NCBI GenBank assembly: GCA_032718475.1
Contig: JAUCBJ010000951.1
Coordinates: forward strand, 1 to 37,039
DNA: 37,039 nt
Origin: Nemertoderma westbladi
Taxonomy: Eukaryota > Animalia > Xenacoelomorpha
Direction: 5' to 3'
The translations under genes were made by a program, and so were the position numbers. This document shows, piece after piece, positions 35,800 to 37,039 of this stretch. The stretch's first letter is position 1; each line of letters starts with the position of its first letter. The notes under the pieces were generated by a model. That model was not told the origin of the DNA. It made no database searches and saw only the letters and a program-made list of their open reading frames with translations.

Positions 35800-35866
35800 A
35801 ATATATCGTGAAGTTTTTGATATATTTAAGGGGGGCTTAAATATATCAAAAACTTCACGATATATT
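35800..35866. repeat. Perfect 31-bp hairpin with GGGGG loop
   Basis: AATATATCGTGAAGTTTTTGATATATTTAAG followed by its exact reverse complement. Confidence 0.92.
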
Positions 35867-36849
35867 AAGGAAACTGTTGTAAAAAAATTATACAATTCCA
35901 CTGCAAGGAAATTTCATAATTTCCATTAATGTTAGTGAAGATTTTTCACATACTTAAATTGTGATTGCTCTATTGATTTTAGGTGTAATTTATTTATTTG
36001 TTTTAGTTTAGAAACCACAATAGTTTATCATATAACAAATAAATGTTTTGGGGATATGGGTTTTTGATGTCGATAAATCCGATGGGCGAGGTTACATGCA
36101 CCCATTTAGTAGAGAAGTTGTGTAAATAAGGTCCTAATATTGTACCAGCAAAATTGGTATTAAAAATGGTTAAATTAATAGACAAATTTCCGTTGCTCTG
36201 GAAACTAAATTGGTAACTATATAGAAGTGCATACTTCTGTCAAGCGATAGTCATTAGAGAAAAGTTTGTCTGTACCAAATTTGGAGAAAATCCCACCAAT
36301 AGACCCCTTGTTGCTATGTAAAATCCATGTTGCTAAGGAAAGAAACAGCAAATTGAAGGTGTTCCGCATAATATATTTTTATATTTTTTTTGGGGGGATT
36401 TAACAAGGTAATGTAGAATAAAAAAAATTGGTTTGGATGAATTGCGAATTTGTTATGGGTTGACCCCCTTTTTCGGCTAGATTGACTCGCCTATAAGGTC
36501 CCTGGCATGATCGGCTACTCCGTCCATAGCTGCTGAGCCCGAAAAATATACATAATTGTATATATTGTGCCATAGGCGCAATTGTAAAATATCACCAATA
36601 ACAGCTGGTGTTTACGATCACATAAGCTGTGGGTTTCTAATGTATTAACCCATAAGCTAATTGCTCTTCCAGTGCTTCCTAAGGCACTAGGTCTTCCTCA
36701 GGGTGGTGGGTTTATTTTTTTTCAACTCAGTCAATATTAACTTATATTATTAACAACAATTTTTATCAACTCGTTTTCTTTTTATCATATTCATATGTGT
36801 ACATTCTGTGTGTAATTGTACGTGGGTTCATTGTATACCGCGTGTATAA

Positions 36850-37039
36850 GGCGGGGTAGCTCAGTTGGTTGAGCGCTGGGCCTGCAATCTTTGGTTGTAG
36901 GTTTAGCCCCGCCAGGGTCCACTCAGCTTTCATCCACTGGGGTCGACAAAATGAGTACCAGTTAAATAACTGGGAGCAAATTTTGGGATAGGAGTAGCGC
37001 CCACCCCTACCCTCGGGTAGAAGCTATCGAAAGAGGTGC
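36850..37039 (+). mobile_element. tRNA-derived SINE with Nin/Deu-like core (runs off window)
   Basis: A box TAGCTCAGTTGG, decayed B box, then GGTCCACTCAGCTTTCATCC..GGGTCGACAAAATGAGTACCAG. Confidence 0.75.

Larger units (their letters stand above)
34339..36494. mobile_element. Non-autonomous TIR element in the Reeler gene intron
   Basis: ATAGTCGAGTCAATCTAGC / GCTAGATTGACTCGCCTAT termini, with degenerate inverted similarity continuing for about 100 bp. Confidence 0.72.

Noticed and set aside
36850-36915. Functional tRNA gene
   Set aside because: The B box is decayed and the sequence runs directly into a SINE core.

Overview
AT-rich, transposon-dense window from an animal (probably invertebrate) genome. 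1-11.3 kb: a minus-strand Ty3/Gypsy (Mag-like) LTR retrotransposon with gag, PR-RT-RH and integrase broken by two +1 frameshifts. Its LTR end at 1-172 recurs identically at 11156-11327. Between gag and that second LTR lies an uninterrupted ~925-codon frame encoding a MULE-like DDE transposase with a GCM-like N-terminal zinc domain, a SWIM finger and a C-terminal Cys cluster. 12-27 kb: a decayed RTE LINE split by a CACTA/EnSpm-type element, then many TIR elements with readable target-site duplications, including a three-level nest. The outer element of that nest carries eight co-oriented CTCF-like motifs at 160-210 bp spacing. 27.6-30.1 kb: three exons of LRRC58, whose last codons and stop codon are the first unit of a ~56-copy 32-bp tandem array. 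34.0 kb: first coding exon of a secreted Reeler-domain gene, followed by a TIR element containing a 1.1-kb palindrome and a Nin/Deu-type SINE. All calls come from reading the sequence; no database search was run.
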